Shown here piece after piece: positions 12,299 through 25,808 of a stretch of 64,000 bases of DNA. Every line of letters begins with the position of its first letter. The first letter of the stretch is position 1. The stretch covers positions 9,734,001 to 9,798,000 of the forward strand of contig JAQFVV010000006.1 in assembly GCA_028023455.1 (NCBI GenBank). The letters are read 5' to 3'. The translations under genes and the position numbers were made by a program. This DNA comes from Epiperipatus broadwayi. Lineage: Eukaryota > Animalia > Onychophora. The notes under the pieces were generated by a model that was not told where the DNA came from, did not search any database, and saw only the letters and a list, made by a program, of their open reading frames with translations.

Positions 12299-12529
12299 GT
12301 GGGTAATCTGATTACATTATTGATTTCTATTCGTTGTAACGTTGCATCCAATGTTAGGCCAATTACTGGTAGATTAATTATTAATGGAAGGAATGCTGTT
12401 GATACAAGCGACAAATGTAATATTTATAATGTGGTGTGCCCGTGCAGGTTCAGTTACATTGATGAGTCAAAATATTTATATTCAATACTTGTACTAACAA
12501 CAATAGGATACTTTACATCCCCTTTCTGA
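12299..12529 (+). mobile_element. Decayed Penelope-like GIY-YIG fragment
   Basis: The ORF reads DKCNIYNVVCPCRFSYIDES, matching the VVY.I.C.C...YIGET motif of PLE endonucleases. Confidence 0.55.
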
Positions 12530-12737
12530 CACCATATATATATATATATAGCCATGAGTAATCAATGACTATTAAGTTGTATTATTAACCAGACCTCCAG
12601 ACCAATTTCTGGATATTATCTAATATTCATATAACTATGGAAGCAAAAACTTGGTTTCAATATCTAAGAAGGTTAAAACTTCCAAGTTATTAGCATAGAT
12701 AAAGAAGGCTTTTGAATGGATGTGCCCAAATAGTGCT

Positions 12738-12777
12738 CCTCATTGATGAAGGCCATTAGCCACAACCATGTATAAGG
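12738..12777 (+). ncRNA. Degenerate hammerhead-like motif related to the fold-back family
   Basis: Reads cctca-TTGATGA-aggccattagcca-CAAC-catgta-taagg, against the family consensus cctca-CTGATGA-aggccacaagcca-GAAAC-tagtc-tgggg. The core is mutated. Confidence 0.4.
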
Positions 12778-12917
12778 TTCTGTTTGATATTGCTGTTGCT
12801 TTCCACTAATTACTCATTTTTACATAAAATGGTCACTATATTTACAATAGTATTAATAATTGTCTCTATTCTTTAACAATTAAAGTACAATTTGCAGAAT
12901 GTTCTCAATATATATAT

Positions 12918-13357
12918 ATCATTAAAGCCAGTCAACACTTAGATAAACTCAATATCAATAGCAATCAATAATTTCAAACTATTGTCAAGGCAACCACCTT
13001 TTAACAATAAAGGTGAAATCATTATAACAAACAACAATTTCAATTTATTGTTAAAAGGAGGTTGCCTTGACAACAATTTGACATTGATTGTTATTAATAT
13101 TGAGATTTGTCTGTCAGTGGTTTTCAACCTTTGGGTCATGACCCCTTTGAGGGTCAAACAACCATTTCACAGGGGTCACCTAAGACCATTGGAAAACACA
13201 TTTTTCGATTCATAACAGTACCAAAATTAAAGATTGGGAGTCACCACAACATAAGAAACTCTATTAAAGGGTCCACATATAAGAAACTGTATTAAAGGGT
13301 CATGGCATTAGAAAGATTGAGAGCCACTGGTCTAAACTTTGACTGGCTTTTAATGAT
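12918..13357. mobile_element. Fold-back/MITE-like element, interrupted in its right arm by the SPIN-like MITE
   Basis: Terminal arms are atcattaaagccagtcaa / ttgactggcttttaatgat and inner arms are ttgtcaaggcaacc / ggttgccttgacaa. The same sequence family forms the tandem at 45849-46255. Confidence 0.75.
13115..13329. mobile_element. hAT MITE closely resembling the SPIN non-autonomous element (rodent URR1)
   Basis: TIRs are CAGTGGTTTTCAACCT / AGATTGAGAGCCACTG. The internal sequence (gggtcatgacccctttgagggtcaaacaaccatttcacaggggtcacctaagaccattggaaaacac...gtcaccacaacat...ctgtattaaagggtc) is colinear with the URR1 consensus as I recall it. This was not database-checked. Confidence 0.75.
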
Positions 13358-13393
13358 TCCTTACAAACCAATTTAACCCTGAGTATTATTTCA

Positions 13394-13437
<44 letters not shown>

Positions 13438-14589
13438 TTTCACAGATTTAAAATTGTAAACATTAGAATATAAGAGAATATTTACTGTCCAATAATTTAG
13501 ATAAAATTTTAGCTACAATTTAGTCATGCAATTGCCCTTTAAAACTGGTAGTGCCAGTTGAAATCAAATAGTCTAATAATAAAGTGATATTTGTTTGACC
13601 CATTAAGTCAAAAGTGAGCCAGTTTTCGCTTAATATTCAGGTTGATCTATGATTAATAAACAAGTCATGGATATTTTAAAAGTTGAGAATTTGAAGTGCA
13701 GTAACTTTTATGAATTTTTACTAAAAACCAAGAATCTTTCCACAGAGAGTTATATATATTAACTGAAAACTTTTCATGAACTTAAGATGAAAACATTGTG
13801 TCTTTTGTAATAATTATCCAGAAAAAATGATACAAATTTTTTAAACCTGTCCATACTTTTTATCTGTATGCCTGTTCATATTTCGCAAGCACACACACAC
13901 AATCTCAAGAACAATTTGTTCACCTTATTTCAAATACTTTTTAGCAAAAAAAATGCTTATTGTATATACACACACATATGCAATCTAATGTTTCAATTGT
14001 TCTGCAGCCTTTCTCAGAGCCATTCCTATTTCACAAAACATGCAAACTACTTTCATTTTTTATAATGCACTTATGACTGTTCACATATTAAGGACCATAT
14101 GATTTGTATGCTGCTTCATGATATTTGAGAATAAGAAGTAAAACAGAATGAAACATACTCATAAGAAATAAAGAATAGTTCTAACTCTTATTTATACTCC
14201 ATCAAATTCTTAACCTGGAATATCATGAAGAAAATTTGAGTCTGTAATCTTATTTCAGTTGTGTGGTCTCATAGCTCAAACTTCTATTGTTACTAACATT
14301 CTACATAGGCAGTCATTCTTGAAGTAATTATAGATTAATTGAGCATCTACTCTTATGAACTGTTGTCTGTGTAATCTAAAATTTCCCTTGTACATATATT
14401 AATATTTGTAAATAATGTTATCAATAAAAAAAGATGTAAATATTGAAATATAATAGGAATGTACCCATGTGATAATATATATATATCATTTTGATCTAGC
14501 TATTTTGAAATATGAACTCTAATGTATTTTATATATTAGTGCACAGAGGGCAGTACTGGAATTCTTAACCATGCGGGGTAATTTAATGC

Positions 14590-14623
<34 letters not shown>

Positions 14624-14803
14624 CTACAATGTAACCAATCATCACTTTGGATTCAGTGCAAGTCAGCCAAATACTATTATTATTAGATCAGTCTCCATTA
14701 GTGGTTTGGTTACATTATAGCTGGAATTTTATGCAGATTATTGTATGGAGGAATTTTCATTATATTTCAATGTTTCCACAAACATGCTTATAATATTAGG
14801 GTG

Positions 14804-15005
14804 TTAAAACAGGCAAAACTCTCTATATATATTGCCACTCAGTGCAAACCAGAGTAATCAATGAATACCAGAAGGTTTGTGCGTAAAATTCTCATCTAGT
14901 GTGCCTACTCATCCAATATCCTCAAAGTAGTTTCTGACATGTGGCCTTTGTCAGTGAGGAGCCTTAGATCTGAGAGCACTGCACCTTGTGTGATGTTTAT
15001 TGACT
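14804..15005. mobile_element. Hammerhead fold-back element: left arm plus spacer, right arm collapsed to its tip
   Basis: The minus-strand HHR at ~14920-14959 has core CTGACAA (G8A). A 13-bp TSD taatattagggtg is at 14791-14803 and 15006-15018. Confidence 0.8.
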
Positions 15006-15008
15006 TAA

Positions 15009-15747
15009 TATTAGGGTGGTCAAAATTTTTCTACATTATGGTTATAGAATTTCAGAAAAGATACATCATTTTTCAACATAATCTCTCTTTTTTTCACCAT
15101 ATTTAACCCGTTTGTTAATAAGCTTTTGTATTCCCTCATTGGAAACTATTTTAGGCTGATTTGCAAGCCATAAATGCAGTTTCTTCATCTCTTCATCAGA
15201 TGTAAATCTTCATCCTCATATGCTTTCTTTTAGGGGACCAGCAAGTGGTAGTTTGATGGGATAAGAGTGGGACTATAGGGAGGATACCCCAATACCTCAT
15301 AATGAAATTAGTGTGACGTGTATTGGGATGCAATAACACAGCCCTTAGACCAAAGGTCTTGCATTTTGTCTCAATTTTAGACTTGTTCTTCAATGAGAAT
15401 CTCACAGAAATGAGCACTGTTGATGGTTAAATCTTTTTCCCCTGATAATATTCCAATCCTGGCCCCAAAACTCACCTCAACAACACTAATATTTTTGAAT
15501 AACAGTTATCTGAATTTTTGTCTGAATTGTATACTTTGTTGAATGTTTTTCCAGATAAAGTTCCATTACTGCCCCCCAGGGTGTAGATAATTTTTGATTC
15601 ATCACAACAATGCTATATCCTAGGATGGTAGTTCTATGCATTTTGTCTAAATTTTGGACTTGAGATAACGTAATGAGCACCGTTGGTTGTTGAATATTTT
15701 TCTTGTTAACGTTCTGAGCTGTGGATAATTTTTGACCCATCTTCGTA
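15009..15747 (-). mobile_element. Internally deleted, decayed mariner (Tc1/mariner superfamily)
   Basis: The minus strand gives PYSPTLIPSNYHL (YSPDLAPSDYHLF motif), then decayed RFTSDEE...EGIQKL...DYVEK. Degenerate TIRs are tattagggtggtcaaaatttt / ggataatttttgacccatcttcgta. Confidence 0.8.
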
Positions 15748-16428
15748 CATGTATGTGTAAGGGCCTCATTGAGTGATGATACTATATCAGTCTGCTGCTC
15801 CTAGAAGGTTTATCCAAATACAGACTAAATAATAGTTAATTTAGCAAATTAATATTTTGAAATGCTTCATGACCCAGTAATTAAAAAACAACATCAGATA
15901 CCTTCATTTTGGAAGGCTGTCAGTTTAAGAATATGGAGTCAGTCTAAATATCCTGACAAATTTTTAAGTAGAAGACAAATTATGTCAATAAATTTGAATA
16001 TGCTGCTGCAATTGATGAATTAAATGAGGGAGTATTACGTTATAATGGCATATCTCTTCTTTTCTCTCACCACAGTTATGCACCCAGAGCATTAATTATT
16101 AATAATCACTAGATGGTAGCTAAGTAATGCTTAATAAATTCCTATTTGATGCTGTCTTATACAGTATAACCAGACTAGTTTCTAGCTCATCTGTGAGGAG
16201 CTTTGGACATAGGAGCAGTACATATGAATCTTTTAGATTTAGTTTACCTTTCCTCCAGTAGCCATTTTTTTTTTTGTTTTACTCTATGTTATCAACACAA
16301 ATTAAAAATACATTATTTTCAATCTAAGCCAATTTGTTAGTATAATTACATAAATCTGAAACTAATTCAGTATGTACATATTAGAATGTTTTTATTTTTT
16401 TAATAAATATGCAAATAAGTTGACTTAG

Positions 16429-16783
16429 CAAAACAGTCAAAACTGTCTATATGTATTGCCACTCTGTGCAAGCCAGAGTAATCAATGGATGCCTGAAGGC
16501 TTGTGCATAAAATCCCCATCTAGTGCCTACTCATCCAATATCTCCAGACTAGTTTCTGGCTTGTGGCCTTTGTCAGTGAGGAGCCTTGGATCTCAGAGCA
16601 CTGCACCTAGATCTTAGGAAACTAGTTTTGGAAATATTGGATGAATAGGCATTAGATGGGGATTTTATGACAAGCCTTCTGGCATCCATTGATTACTCTG
16701 GCTTGCACTGAGTGGAAAGACATATAGAGAGTTTTGCCTGTTTTGATAACAGTTATGAACAAGCATGGGAAATGGTGACCATG
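16429..16783. mobile_element. Hammerhead fold-back element with 13-bp TSD
   Basis: It has long inverted arms. The minus-strand HHR at 16542-16581 has core CTGACAA, and the right-arm HHR core is deleted. TSD taagttgacttag is at 16416-16428 and 16784-16796. Confidence 0.88.
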
Positions 16784-16869
16784 TAAGTTGACTTAGATTG
16801 AAAGCATTAATATTTAGCATTTTTGGCTATAACTTGATAATAAAACAAAAGTAAAAAGGCTGTTAAAGG

Positions 16870-16975
16870 AAAGGTGCATTTGGTCTCTCCCAGATTCAAA
16901 GTTCCTTGCTGATGAAAGTCACAAGCTAGAAACTAGACTGGGGATTTTGAGTAGGACAACACTGGATAGAGGTTT
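16870..16975 (+). mobile_element. Diverged hammerhead-family fragment
   Basis: Reads ccttg-CTGATGA-aagtcacaagcta-GAAAC-ta-GAC-tgggg at 16904-16943. The triplet is GAC instead of GTC. Confidence 0.7.
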
Positions 16976-17483
16976 AGTAAGCATTACTACATGGCAGCTA
17001 CAGATTACTAAAAAAACTAGATTGCACAACCATACTGAGAGAAGAAGAATTTGCTGCTAAACACAATTATGTAATTTATGGTCATGTGACATCTTTCTAT
17101 TACTATAATGATTTCATCTAAATTAATCATATATGAGATCCAATTTGATAATTTTATTCCTCTGAAGTGAAGAATGGACAATGGAAAAGATTTCATTTAA
17201 AGATATACTTTTAACATTATGAAAATATGATCTTCATATTGTAAGATCAATTTCTATGTACTTCCGTTTTTTTGGATGTGATATTATTGAATTTACTATT
17301 ATCTGGTAAAATGAAAAGACACACAGAGAAAGTCATATTTATTTTATTACTGCCTAGCATGCTTTCACTCTACTTTTACTATATCATATTTTTGGCATAT
17401 AGTGCCATGATTAAATGGTTCTTTATATTATCTGTTCACATATTCAATTTTAATTAAAATTTAAGTTTGAATATTTAGGTAGC

Positions 17484-17845
17484 CCATATATTTAAAATAG
17501 GTACACTTGTTTCTTTTTTATTAATAGGAAAATAGTCACCAACTATTTCACATGATTCTTTAATCTTCTGCTTTCTATCATCTCTGTCTGTGTACACTAT
17601 CTCTGCTTTTGTTAGCTCGAATCTATGACCAATCTTCTACTCATGGTCTGGAAATATTGAAGTATGTTCTTTGACTTTAAGGGCTATATTGCATAAATAT
17701 CTGCATTGGGCAAGTCTTGGGGACAGATTGGATCTTGACTCCCCATAATATGCAGTCTTGCAAGCTGATTCATTGCACTTAATTCTATAGACCACTTGAT
17801 GTACCTTTTCTGTAGGTATTTTCATTTTACCAAATATTACGTTAG
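17484..17845 (-). mobile_element. Penelope-like GIY-YIG fragment, related to the 1109-2101 element
   Basis: Contains VVYRIKCNESACKTAYYGES and, further downstream, RKQKIKES...PINKKET...IW. Confidence 0.8.
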
Positions 17846-18199
17846 CTCTGAAAAGAAGAAAATTAGTAACATTTTAATTTACTATTATAAGAACATGCTT
17901 TTCTTGACTTGAAATACTAAAAAAACAGTATTGATTAATACATATTGATGAATTTTATTAGAAAGATATAGTTGAAGATGAAATAAAATGGAGAGCTGTA
18001 TTTAGGTGAGGTGTTGAATTTTTCCAGAAAAAAATTTTCTAATAAAGATAAACATATCTGTAGTTTATTTTTAACTTTTTGTTTTTTATCTCTTATTCAC
18101 TTTTTAAAATCTGGAATGAGGATCGCTAACTTCGTATGTTATTGGTTGCTAACATATTTAGTCACAATTACAGTAAACAGACCCCTTACTATCTTTCCT

Positions 18200-18630
18200 C
18201 ATGGGTTAATCTCTGCCATCAGACTTCACTTTGCAAATGAATCTATTTGCATTTGCTTTTCTAGTTCTTATAAGAGTAGTGAATCTGACACGTGGTATTA
18301 ATCAGGCAAATCATGTTCAAATATTTGAAAAGTTTCATTCAATACAACACATAATGTCACTTCTCAATGCAAAGTTAACTATTTCCTATTTTAAATCTTA
18401 TTTTTAAATAGTCAAATATTGTCAGCTACTTAGCATAATTACCATTACTATTTAAAGCTGTACTTTTACTAGTACACCACCCCATGTCATTTATATCAAT
18501 ACCTCTTCCACCCTCTATGATCAGACTTCACTTTGCTTATTGTCAGACTTACCACTATTAATTAAGCTAAAGAAGCAAATGTAAGTAGATTCATTTTACA
18601 TTTGCAAAGTAGTCTGACAATAGAGGGCAG
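18200..18630. repeat. Degenerate inverted-repeat (fold-back) element
   Basis: tcagacttcactttgcaaatgaatcta (~18217) is mirrored by tagattcattttacatttgcaaagtagtctga (~18585-18616). Confidence 0.5.
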
Positions 18631-19484
18631 CAAGGGAGGCAATTTAAGGAGAAATGGGATGGCCAAGTTTTCATACGAGAGATGCAAAAAGTAAAATGAA
18701 AATGTTTGGTAGATTGCAGTTTATGGATAATAAAAGAATAGCCAAAATAGTATTTAATTGGGTTACAAGTAAAGGGCAGGCAACAAGATAGTGAGAAAGG
18801 TAATGCGGTATGCAGATTTGGATAAAGAATTTATATCGGTATACTTTGTACAAAAGGCGAGATGATTGTGTTAGGAGGATTGTTCAGTGTTATAGTGGTA
18901 AGAAATGAGATAAAAGAATAGATGCATTAATAAAGAATAGAGAGTTGGAGAGATGGAGAACTAATATGGAGAGTAAAAAGAGTTTAAATATATAAAGTAA
19001 ACGGAACATTGGATGTGAGTTAATTTATGATAATAGTAAGGAAAGTAGTTTATTGTTTAAGGCTTGAACAGGATCTTTAGAACAAGAGAATATACATGTA
19101 AATGGAAAAATATGGATGATTTAGTCTGAAAATTGGGTAAGGAAGACGTAGAAAATATTAGGCATCTGTTAATTGAATGTAAATGCTTGAAAACAGAAAG
19201 GGTCCAAATAATGAAGTTATGGAAGAATAAATATGAACAAAGTGATTATACAGGATGTGGGTTATTGGTTTTTATGCTGGGTTTGGGAAAAGATAAGGGG
19301 GATTTAGATATAAAGGTCATAGAGTTGATGAAGATTATGTTATGAAAATGGGTTGGAGCAGATTATGGAAAAACTTAGGATGGGAATGAAAAGGGAAGGT
19401 AAAGTTGCTAAGAAATTTCTCTGGCATAAGTGCTGAGAGATTCCTGACTTTGTTTAAGAAGTCACAGTGCATCACATCATATCA
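18620..19484 (+). mobile_element. Second, frameshifted copy of the zinc-knuckle LINE 3' end
   Basis: Colinear with 1-772 from 18717 onward, with GEMGWPSFHTRD upstream and the same catcacatc tail. Confidence 0.88.
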
Positions 19485-21372
19485 ATGAAAGTTTACTATG
19501 ATGTGATTAAATATTATAAGATGCGCTGCATTAATATATATATATATATATATATTTCTCAAACAACTAAACTCTATTTTTAGTCACATGGTTACCTAAC
19601 CTAAAAAAAATAATAATTCCAAAGATACACATCATCTAAATGAACCCTGTTTCATCAAATAGACCAAATCATCTTATGTTCTAATGTGTCATTGGGTATT
19701 TTGATAAAGTGGCACTTAATAAATTTAAATGATATAATTGCCATTAGATAAACAGAAAAACAATGGCAATAACCACTGGATATAGTTGAATCAATTTAAG
19801 AGCTGAAATGCATCTTGGGGGCATTTATATTTTCTGTATCTGAAACTATGTTTTTTTTTAAAAGTAACATTAGTGTTTATTTATTAATAATTTATTAGAT
19901 ATTGATTAGATTAGTGATTATCCACTTAATGAATAATATCTCTAATATGATTTTCACTACACCGCTCTCATGTCAGGTAGGTACTGATTTGTATCTGCTT
20001 TTAACACTATGGGGAGGGATATAATCATAAACCTACAACCAATGACATACATCTTACATGCATGTTTTTGATTATATGTTTATGATTACACATCTTCACA
20101 AGGTGTTAAAAGCAGATAGAAACCAGTGCGTACCTTGTGTGAGAATGGTGTAATGAAAATTACACTATAGAATCATATATCTAGTCTAATGATTGACTAT
20201 TAAAAATTATTAACATACTTCTATCAAATGATTTGTGTCAATGGTTTGTGTCAAAGTTATGAAGGCAGCAAGTTTGACACATCAATTAAACTGTATTTAG
20301 CTCTACATATACTGAACAATGGCAAAAATATGTGTAAGAGATTATGGTTTGTGCTAAATGATGAGTGCTGGTTCAGCATGAAATGAGTATCTTGGGGATC
20401 ATACATTGTTTTCATGTCTTTAGTCATATATTAATGATTACACTACTTTACACAATGTCAGAAGTAGATAGAAACCAGCCCCTACTTTGCATGATGATGA
20501 TGTAGTGAAAATTACACTAATATTATTCATTAGTGTTTGTGAAATATATAAAACCTACATCATAGAAAAAAAGAGTATTAAAATTTATATGAAAGAAATG
20601 TTCTTATTTTAATACAAATTATTCTCCAGTACATGAGGGGTCAGAATGACTAAATGGTTAACATGGATAGGATGACAACCTTGGCACTAATGTGGGCTTT
20701 GAGCGTTTCATCATCAGATTTTCAATGAAATGAATGGCTGAAGAGTTGTGGGTCGGAGTAGTTTGAAGCCTATCCATTAAAGTATGAAGATTGGCTATCT
20801 TAATATAAAGCTGAACACTGATTGTATATATGTGTGGAGATAGTAATCTGGACCAACTGATGATTGCTGGTTTAGCATGAAATACATATATTTGTGATTA
20901 TTTATCTTTTCAACATGTGTATGATCAGGTGGGTCAGCAATATGAGATGGCATGGGGAGTTGAGGGCCGTGTGAAAGTTTGACTTCGAATCCCTTATATT
21001 ACATTATGTATGTGCAGGTGTGTGTAAGCCTGTACAGTGTATTAATTAATACAAATTAATAGATTTTTAAATCATTAATGTAAATCGAAGTATACATCTG
21101 TATCAAAGAAAATTAATATTTTCTAATATTGAAAAATTTGTATTAATAATAAAAAGTAATTTTTTTAAAGATAGCAATTATCTATGATTACATTCTGATA
21201 AAGTGAACTTATAAATTATATTAATCAGTGGATTTTTTTTTTAAATAAGATAATTCTAATATTTGATGTAATGTGTAGTTTGATTGGTTGAAATTTTAAA
21301 GTTATTTGAACTGGTATGTATACATATATAATAGATTTATATAAACAATTTTTAAAATTTAAATCACCAAAA

Positions 21373-22242
21373 CTAAATGGAGATTATTTAAACCATCTAG
21401 ATTTTGCAGATAATGTAATTGTTTTTGCAAATAATGCTTTAGAACTTAAAAAAAAATGTTGAGTTATCAGACGTAAAAAAAAAAAATTAGGATTAAAGGT
21501 AAACAAAGACTAAAGTAATATTCGATAGACTTTCTTAAAAAAAAAAAAGATAATGAATTAGAAACATTAATAACTACAAATACCTAGGTTAGGCTGTTAC
21601 TACAGATGAAAAAATAATGAATGAAATTAATTATAGAATTAAACTTGGTTGGAGTGCTTTTGGTAGAAATAATGTAATTTAAAAAGGAAATGTGCCGATG
21701 TATTTGAAAAGGAAGATTTTAATAAATGTGTTTTAGCTTCTTATTTATGGATCTGAATCATGGACACTTAACAGAAGAGCAATGCAAAGACTTCAGGACA
21801 CTCTCCATAAAGTAAGGAAAGATAGCCGAGAGGTCATTGCAGCGACCTTGCAAGTAAGTAGTTGGTTGCAGACGGTTGTGGGTTCGTCTCCCAGCCGATG
21901 CTATTACATATGGAAAAAAAAGTATCAAAAATGGAATATATGCATGAGATAACAAACAGATGTTTTTGATATTATTGAAAAAGTTAAGAAACTGCAGTAG
22001 AGTTGGGTTGGATGTATTTCTAGAAGAGATAATAGTAGATGGATAATTGAAATCTTAAACTGGATCCCAAGAGATTGTAAAAGACCTAGAAAGAGATTAC
22101 ATAATAGATAGATGGCTAGAATAAGAATGTTTTTTGATATGGTATAGAGAAGAGAAACTAGTGATCAGAAAAACTGAAAAAGTTGGAGAGACCTTCATTC
22201 TGCAATAGATTAATATTCTTTAAAAATGATGATGATGATGAT
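21373..22242 (+). mobile_element. Decayed RTE-clade LINE 3' half with an inserted SINE
   Basis: Contains NHLDFADNVIVFAN, RIKLGWSAFGRN and a (GAT)n tail; same family as 47664-49115. Confidence 0.85.
21818..21923 (+). mobile_element. tRNA-Gly-derived SINE, long (TGC) subfamily
   Basis: Reads tagccgagaggtcattgcagcgaccttgcaagtaagtagttggttgcagacggttgtgggttcgtctcccagccgatgctattacatatgg(a)n. Confidence 0.8.
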
Positions 22243-23599
22243 AAATTTTATTGCTTGAATCTAACTGACACTTTGCCCAAATATGCTTTTAATAAAGGAT
22301 AACTACAATTATAAAATTTTTATATAATCTTTTATCTTTATTTTTTTGTTCCATTTTTCAAAAATCCTCTTTCTTCTTCCCACCATTTTATTTTTAATTT
22401 TTCTATTATTTTTCATATGACTTTAAAAAACATTCATGAACTCTTTTTATTATAATATTCCCCTCTTATATGTATCTCACAATTTTATCATTTATTCTTT
22501 GCCTTTATTAAATCTGTTTTAGTCTGATTATATATGTTACATGTAATTTTAACCTGCACCCAAACAAATCACATGATTACTTTCTTTTCTCTACTTATTA
22601 TTTTTACTTAGTCATTATATATTATGATCTAGCCTTAAATAATAAACCATTTTCTTTACTGTTACCAGAAATATTATCAGCTTAAATGTATGTTATTTTT
22701 ATTGTATATGTTTTGATTTCCATTATATTTCTCTCCTTTTACTTAATAAATGTTCTATATTTCTATTCTAATCCCTGATCCACTAAATACTTAAAGCTTA
22801 AAAATCCATTTCTATGTACTTGAATACAATATTTTTGTTTATAATCTTTTATTTTATTTCATTACTAATTTCAACTGATTCACGGTCTTCATCAAAGTTT
22901 TTTTAAAGTATAAAAATAATGATAAAGCAATTCACAAAAAATGAATGTTTTAATAAAGTGAATGTCATAAGTCTAAAATTTCATGGGGGTGTTAATTGCA
23001 CATATTGTATAGATATAATATAATTCTCATTTAACTATGTGATCCATTTTTACCATCCATACATTTTTATCTTCAAATACTTTTAATTTATCTTTGTCAT
23101 TTATCATATAAAATGAAACCATCCAATTTTATCTTGTAATGTTTAAATTTTATCTTATATAGCTTCATTTACCATAAATACCATCATATTATTTGTAATA
23201 ATAATGGAACATTTAATAACAATACCTAGTATTTCATTGCAAATGGTTGGCATAGGAAAAAGTTTTTAAAAAATTTATGAGATATCTTGACTATGAAGAA
23301 ATATATGATGTTATTGCATTATATAAAAGATGAATTCTGAATAATATGCTGTTTTTAAATAGAATTACATCAGGCATGATTCTCAAATGCCAATGCCTTC
23401 TATATGAAAGCAGAAGATACATGCCTAGCAGACTTGTATAATGTTCTGTAATTCAAAAGTGAGACCTTAAAAAATTCAACTCTAATAAGACTGCTTAGAT
23501 TATATAATCAATCAATAAGGTTCTGTCCTATGAATAGTCCTGATAGCAGTTACATATTTCTCCCTTCAGTGCTCTCCACTTATCATATTTTCAATTCCA

Positions 23600-24430
23600 T
23601 ATATCTTTTCCCATCTCTTATATCATCCAGCAAGATTAATCTTCATCATTCTTTTTTGTTTCTATTCACTATTTAAAACACTTCATTAAATAATTTTTTG
23701 TTTTTATTACATGTCCAGTTCAGTTTCTTTTTCTATTTTTATCAATCAATCTCCTTTTTTTATTTACTCTTTTCAAAACATTTTCATTTGTCATTTTGTT
23801 CATCCAACTAATTTTTACCATTCTTTGTAACATCTGTATCTCAAAGACTTTTAATTTGCTGCTATTTTTTTTATTTATTGTTCATTTCACAACTATATAA
23901 TAATATATTCCACATGTAGAAATTAATATATTTTTAAAAACTTTCTCTTTAAAGATGGGCAAAATATTTTCTTTCTCTTAATAAATGCCTCCTTTGCTAA
24001 TGTTATCTTTTTAACTTTATCTTTAATTTCTTGCAACTTTACTCAAACAACTACCAAATATCTGAATCCATTCATCTATTGAACCAAATTATCATGAATA
24101 TTATCTTGTATTCTTTCTGTATTCATTTCTATCCATAAACAGTCTTCACAACATTAATTATTATTTCAAATTCCATACATTATTCCTCCAATTTATTGAA
24201 CATATTCTGGAGATAGTTTTCATCCTCATCTATAAGAGTTATATCATCAGCCAATTTTGTATGTTTTACTACTTTATCTCCAATATTAGCTCTTTCACAA
24301 TCTAAATATTTATCTAATATGTCTTCTAAATAAACACAGGTGGTCTGCAATGTTCTTGTCTAACTCCTCTCTCAATACCCACTTCTTCAATCTCATTATT
24401 CTTTAATATAATTCTTATACATTGTTCCAG
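23600..24430 (-). mobile_element. Decayed RTE-type LINE RT fragment (second family)
   Basis: The minus strand gives ERGVRQ, ADDITL, FRYL and ITLAKEAF..RK..F...WNILLYSCE. Confidence 0.7.
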
Positions 24431-25194
24431 TATATGTGTTCCAAATCAATTTCATTTTTGAACCAAATAGTAAGATATTTAGACTGCTATGCAAAAACGT
24501 TAACCAGTTTTCCGATTAGTTGTTCCTGGCCGATATAATAAAATGTTCGAGTTTATCGCTTAGTAGAATAATAACGTTTTATACAGCCTTAATTAAGACT
24601 CAAACGAGTTGAAAGCGATTGGCAATAGTCTTTTATATGATTTTATATTTTTTTAATTTCTCTGTTTTATATAATATTGGTATTGTTATATTGTGATTCA
24701 CAAAGGACCAATATATTTTAAAATTATAATGCATTTTTATTTGATTAATATCTATTAAATGTACCAAATAAATTGAATTTATTTATTTATTTTATTATTA
24801 TTTTGTCTTTTTATATTATTCTCTTGAAGGAGAAATGATTATAGTCTTTGCGATTGGTTTGCTATAGAGATAATGCACATAAAATAAACTATAAAAATAA
24901 TATAGAAATCTATTTTATAAAAATAATAAAATGCTGAAGAAAATTGTAAATCATTATATATCAAAGCAAATGCATTAACATTGTGAATACTTCTATATGT
25001 CTACATGTCAACTGGACTTAAAGAAAAATATGAAAATTATAAATGTTTCGATTAAGGTTTGTAATGATGACATTTTATTATTAATTATTTGTCGGATTAT
25101 TTCCGTCATCTAATATTAAGAACTGAATGTCTTTAGAAAAAAATTAGACTTTATTTAAACTTTCTCACTACATTCAACTGTTGGTAATAGTAGC

Positions 25195-25808
25195 ATTTAA
25201 CACAAAGTTTCGAGTGGTATTATTCTCTTCTTCAGGCATTGCCAGACTGAACAGTGACAGTACAACATGGGAATTAAACCTGGACATTTAGATTCTTGAA
25301 TATTGAAATTTTAAGGTAATGCACACTATTCTGCCAAAGACAACAGGAAGTAGGGATTTCATATATTTATCTATGAGGGTCCTCCTGATTTCCTCCCACC
25401 TCTCTTTTAAGAGCAAGCTGAATTAGTGGCTTCCAGGCATTATGTATAATCACACTGGGTTGATGTATGGGATTATTTGCCATAGCCATGTGAGCAGCTT
25501 CTTTAAATTTTCATCTTTGGACTATAAGAAAAAAAAAGTAGATAGAGAGGAAAAGGATACAAAGAAAAAAAATTATGGAAAATAACCTAGTAAATCCACC
25601 CAGTGTGATTGTACATAATGTTTGGAAGCCATAAGAAAAAAATGAAATCAGGAAGACTCTCATAGATAAAAATATGAAATTTCTGCAGAGTATTGCCTTT
25701 GATTAGAACATTACCTTAAAATTCAATATTCAAAAATCTAAAGTCCAGGTTCAATTCTCATACTAGTACTGGAGAGGAGAATAATATCACTGAAAAGTTG
25801 TGTTAAAT
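25195..25808. mobile_element. ~610-bp fold-back element with long degenerate arms
   Basis: atttaacac...gtggtattattctc is mirrored by gagaataatatcac...gtgttaaat, and attgaaattttaaggtaatg by cattaccttaaaattcaatatt. A related fragment lies at ~46600-46770. Confidence 0.75.
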
